Positions 61,097-64,000 of a stretch of 64,000 nucleotides of DNA are shown here, in pieces; the first letter of the stretch is position 1, and each line of letters starts with the position of its first letter. Origin of the DNA: Squalus acanthias (lineage: Eukaryota); contig CM059432.1 in assembly GCA_030390025.1 (NCBI GenBank), positions 1,674,001-1,738,000 on the forward strand. The letters are read 5' to 3'. Position numbers and translations under genes: made by a program. The notes below the pieces were generated by a model that did no database searches, was not told the DNA's origin, and was given only the letters and a program-made list of their open reading frames with translations.

Positions 61097-61572
61097 GTAA
61101 AGTCCTACCAGGGCATATTACCTAGAAATGGCACCACAGAAACAGTCCGCCCGGCCCAACTGGTCCGTCCCAGTGTTTACGCTCCACATGAGCCTCCTCC
61201 CACCCGATGGGAGTACGTGTGGAAACCGTGCTTAGTTACTGCTTGGGAAGGAAACCGGAGCGGCTCTTTGCTCGTTGATTTTATGCAATTATATCATTCC
61301 TACTTCTCAAAGCCTTCCGGCTGCTTTTTCGAAAACGAGGGAAGTGATTTTTGAAGGAAAGGTATTTGTATTCTTAATTACAAAGGCTTTGATTGCTTTT
61401 TATTTGTTTCCCTGAAGTATCTCAACTGGGGAAAAAGGATGACCTCTGACCTTTACTCAAGAGCATCAAACAACAACTTGCATTTATATAGCGCCTTTAA
61501 CGTAGTACGACATCCCAAGATGCTTCACAGAAGCGATTATCCCTTTGCTCCTCCACCCCATTTAGACTCTTA

Positions 61573-62308
61573 GGGCTGGATTTTGATACTGGGGCGGGTT
61601 GGGGTCGTGTCATCCGCATTTCGTGTTATCCACCCGACTGCAATTGGATGTGGGAGATTGATGCAATTTTCACTTAATTGGGCAATTGAGTTCCAGCATG
61701 TGGGAACCCATGACCCAATTAGTGGTTTCAGTCTGAAAGTCGCCTCTGATGATGTCATCATTGCAGGTCAGAGACTGCCTGGCCTTTGCTGTGAGAGGAC
61801 CTGGATGCAAAATGAGCAGCATCTCAGAGAGAGAGAGAGAGAGAGAATTTTTTTTGCAACCAAGTCCTCTCAGGCAGTCTCTGAAGACATTCAATGCAGC
61901 AGCATCAGAGGCGACTTTCAGACCTAATACTACTACTACCTTCATCACAATACTACTACTACCGTCATCACATCTCCATTGTAATAGTGGACCTGCAGCT
62001 GATAGTCAGCTGTCCACTTGTGCTCCCGCCAGGTTTCACTGGCGTGTTTCACATCAGGCGTACTTCACGTTGGAAAAGGGTTAAACTAGCTAAAACGTTT
62101 CAAAATGGCATTACAGAGCCAATTTAGGGCTTGTTAAGGGCTTTAATGGCCTCTCCCGCCTCTTGGAGGCGGGACGGAGTCGGGAACCCCACGACCGATT
62201 TTGTCAAAATTGCGTGGAGTCGGGATGGGGTCGGGACCCCCGAATCTGCAACTTTAACCCCCCACACGCCTCCAAACCTGACTCCACGGGTCATTGAAAA
62301 TCCAGCCC
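61573..62308. mobile_element. Second-family PIF/Harbinger-type MITE (736 bp)
   Basis: 12-bp perfect TIR GGGCTGGATTTT / AAAATCCAGCCC; canonical TTA TSD (61570-61572, 62309-62311). Confidence 0.87.
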
Positions 62309-63089
62309 TTATTGTCCAAGCAGTTATCCTCCAACTACAACCTTAGTCGCTAGTACAACTCGAAACCCAGCGTGATTAATTCTTCTGTTTCGTGAGGCCG
62401 AGGGGTTAATTCTGCGTTGACCTCTTCCTTGGTCTCTGCTCCTGGTCTGTCTCCTCGCACTTACATAAATAGCTTTGCTTTTATATATCACTCGTTGCTG
62501 GCAAAACAGTTTATCCCTTCACCCACTTTCTCACGGTTCGAAAAGGCAGCTGTCATCGTCGTCATGGCTTCCTTATCTCGCCGTGTCCTTCGAAAGTGCA
62601 GCAAATCTTGCCTGGCCTTTGCAGCTGTACTGAGGCTAAGACAGCAGTCAGTCTTCAGCAGTCTGAAGCAATGATAATAATCCAGGACGCCGATTGGAAC
62701 CTGATCAAGCTTCCCAGCATGCCTTCTGAATGGCCAAGTTTAACAGTTCTGTGTTCAATTCTTTGTTGATAATACTTTTAACCGCACGCTGCTCTTTGAG
62801 CAAGTAATCCAGGGTTTCGAGCCCATCCTTTTAGTTTTCCTTAAAACGGGTATTAAAATTCCATATTGAAAAGTCCATAATGCTCCATTAGTGGGTGTGT
62901 CACGATCTAGCCTTGGGCTCTTGTGGACCTCGGGCCGCCTTCTTTCGTCTCGTACCACCTAAACCACGCGATACCGTACATGTTGCATTTAAAAAAAAAA
63001 CAAAGCAGTGTGAAACAAGTTGGCATCCCAAACTTTTTCGGAACTAAATATGAAAATTTGAAATATTATGGATCTTTTAAGACAATGTA

Positions 63090-63572
63090 ATAAGAACATA
63101 AGAAACAGGAGCAGGAATAGGCCACTTGGCCCCTCGAGCCTGCTCCGCCATTCAATAAGATCATGGCTGATCTTGGGCTCAAAGCCACTTCCCCGCCCGC
63201 TCCCCATAACCCTTCACTCCCTTATCTTGCAAAAATCTGTCTATCTCCACCTTAAATGTATTTAATGACCCAGCCTCCACAGCTCTCTGGGGCAGAGAAT
63301 TCCACAGATTTACGACCCTCTGAGAGAAGAAATTCCTCCTCATCTCAGTTCTAAAAGGGCGACCCTTTATTCTGAGACTGTGCCCCCGAGTTCTTGATTT
63401 TCCCCACGAGGGGAAACATCCTCTCTGCATCTACCCTGTCGAGCCCCCTCAGTATCTTATATGTTTTGATAAGATCACCTCTCATTCTTCTAAATTCCAA
63501 TGAGTATAGGCCCAGCCTGCTCAACCTTTCCTCATAAGTCAAACCCCTCATCTCTGGAATTAACCTAGTGAA
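63090..63572 (-). mobile_element. CR1 3' fragment
   Basis: LGLYSLEFRRMRGDLI...FFSQRVVNLWNSLP. Confidence 0.9.
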
Positions 63573-63576
63573 TCAC

Positions 63577-64000
63577 GGCAACACGGTGACATAGTGGTTA
63601 GCACTGGTGCCTCACAGCGCCAGGGACCCGGGTTCGAATCTGACCTCAGGTGACTGTCTGTGTGGAGTTTGCACATTCTCCCCGTGTCTACGTGGGTTTC
63701 CTCCAGGTGCTCCGGTTTCCTCCCACAGTCCAAAAATGTGCGGGTTAGGTTGATTTGGCTATGATAAATTGACCCTTAGTGTTAGGGGGGGGATTAAATA
63801 TGTGGGGTTATGGGGATAGGATGGGATATGTTAGGGGGAATTAAATACGTGGGGTTACAGGGGTAGGGTGGGATATGTGTACTGTGGGGATTAAAGCAGG
63901 GACAGGGTACTGGACTTGGATGATCAGCCATGATCGTATTGAATGGTGGAGCAGGCTCGACGGGCCGAATGGCCTACTCCTGCTCCTAGATTCTATGTTT
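63577..64000 (+). mobile_element. HE1-like V-SINE with CR1-derived tail
   Basis: tRNA head (tagtggttagc...gggttcgaatc), V-domain gtgtggagtttgcacattctccccgtgt...ccggtttcctcccacagtccaaa, CR1 3' UTR tail. Confidence 0.88.

Noticed and set aside
62417..62720. Possible host exon in unique sequence
   Set aside because: Short open frames on both strands with no recognisable domain or convincing splice pair; cannot be supported without a homology search.

Overview
Eukaryotic, vertebrate-type genomic DNA. The repeat repertoire (HE1-like V-SINE, SacSINE1-like DeuSINE, HER1-like CR1) points to a cartilaginous fish; this is an inference. I found no supportable host protein-coding exon, and the window is almost entirely nested transposable elements and tandem repeats. 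The main element is an apparently intact 4.2-kb PIF/Harbinger DNA transposon (37122-41320) with an intact DDE transposase and a convergent three-exon Myb/SANT-like gene, inserted in a full-length CR1 LINE. Three MITEs share its termini and have non-canonical 3-bp TSDs in a shared quasi-palindromic target context; a fourth, unrelated MITE has a TTA TSD. Also present: a deleted Gypsy (Mag-like) element with ~140-bp LTRs and a tRNA-Ser PBS, a solo LTR with a 4-bp TSD, Penelope-like ends carrying minimal hammerhead ribozyme motifs, a 134-bp fold-back insertion with a 12-bp TSD, a 33-bp minisatellite expanded in four SINE copies, a 6.4-kb 28-bp satellite, and a 200-N gap. Boundaries of degenerate LINE/SINE fragments are approximate; TIR, TSD and splice coordinates were read by eye.
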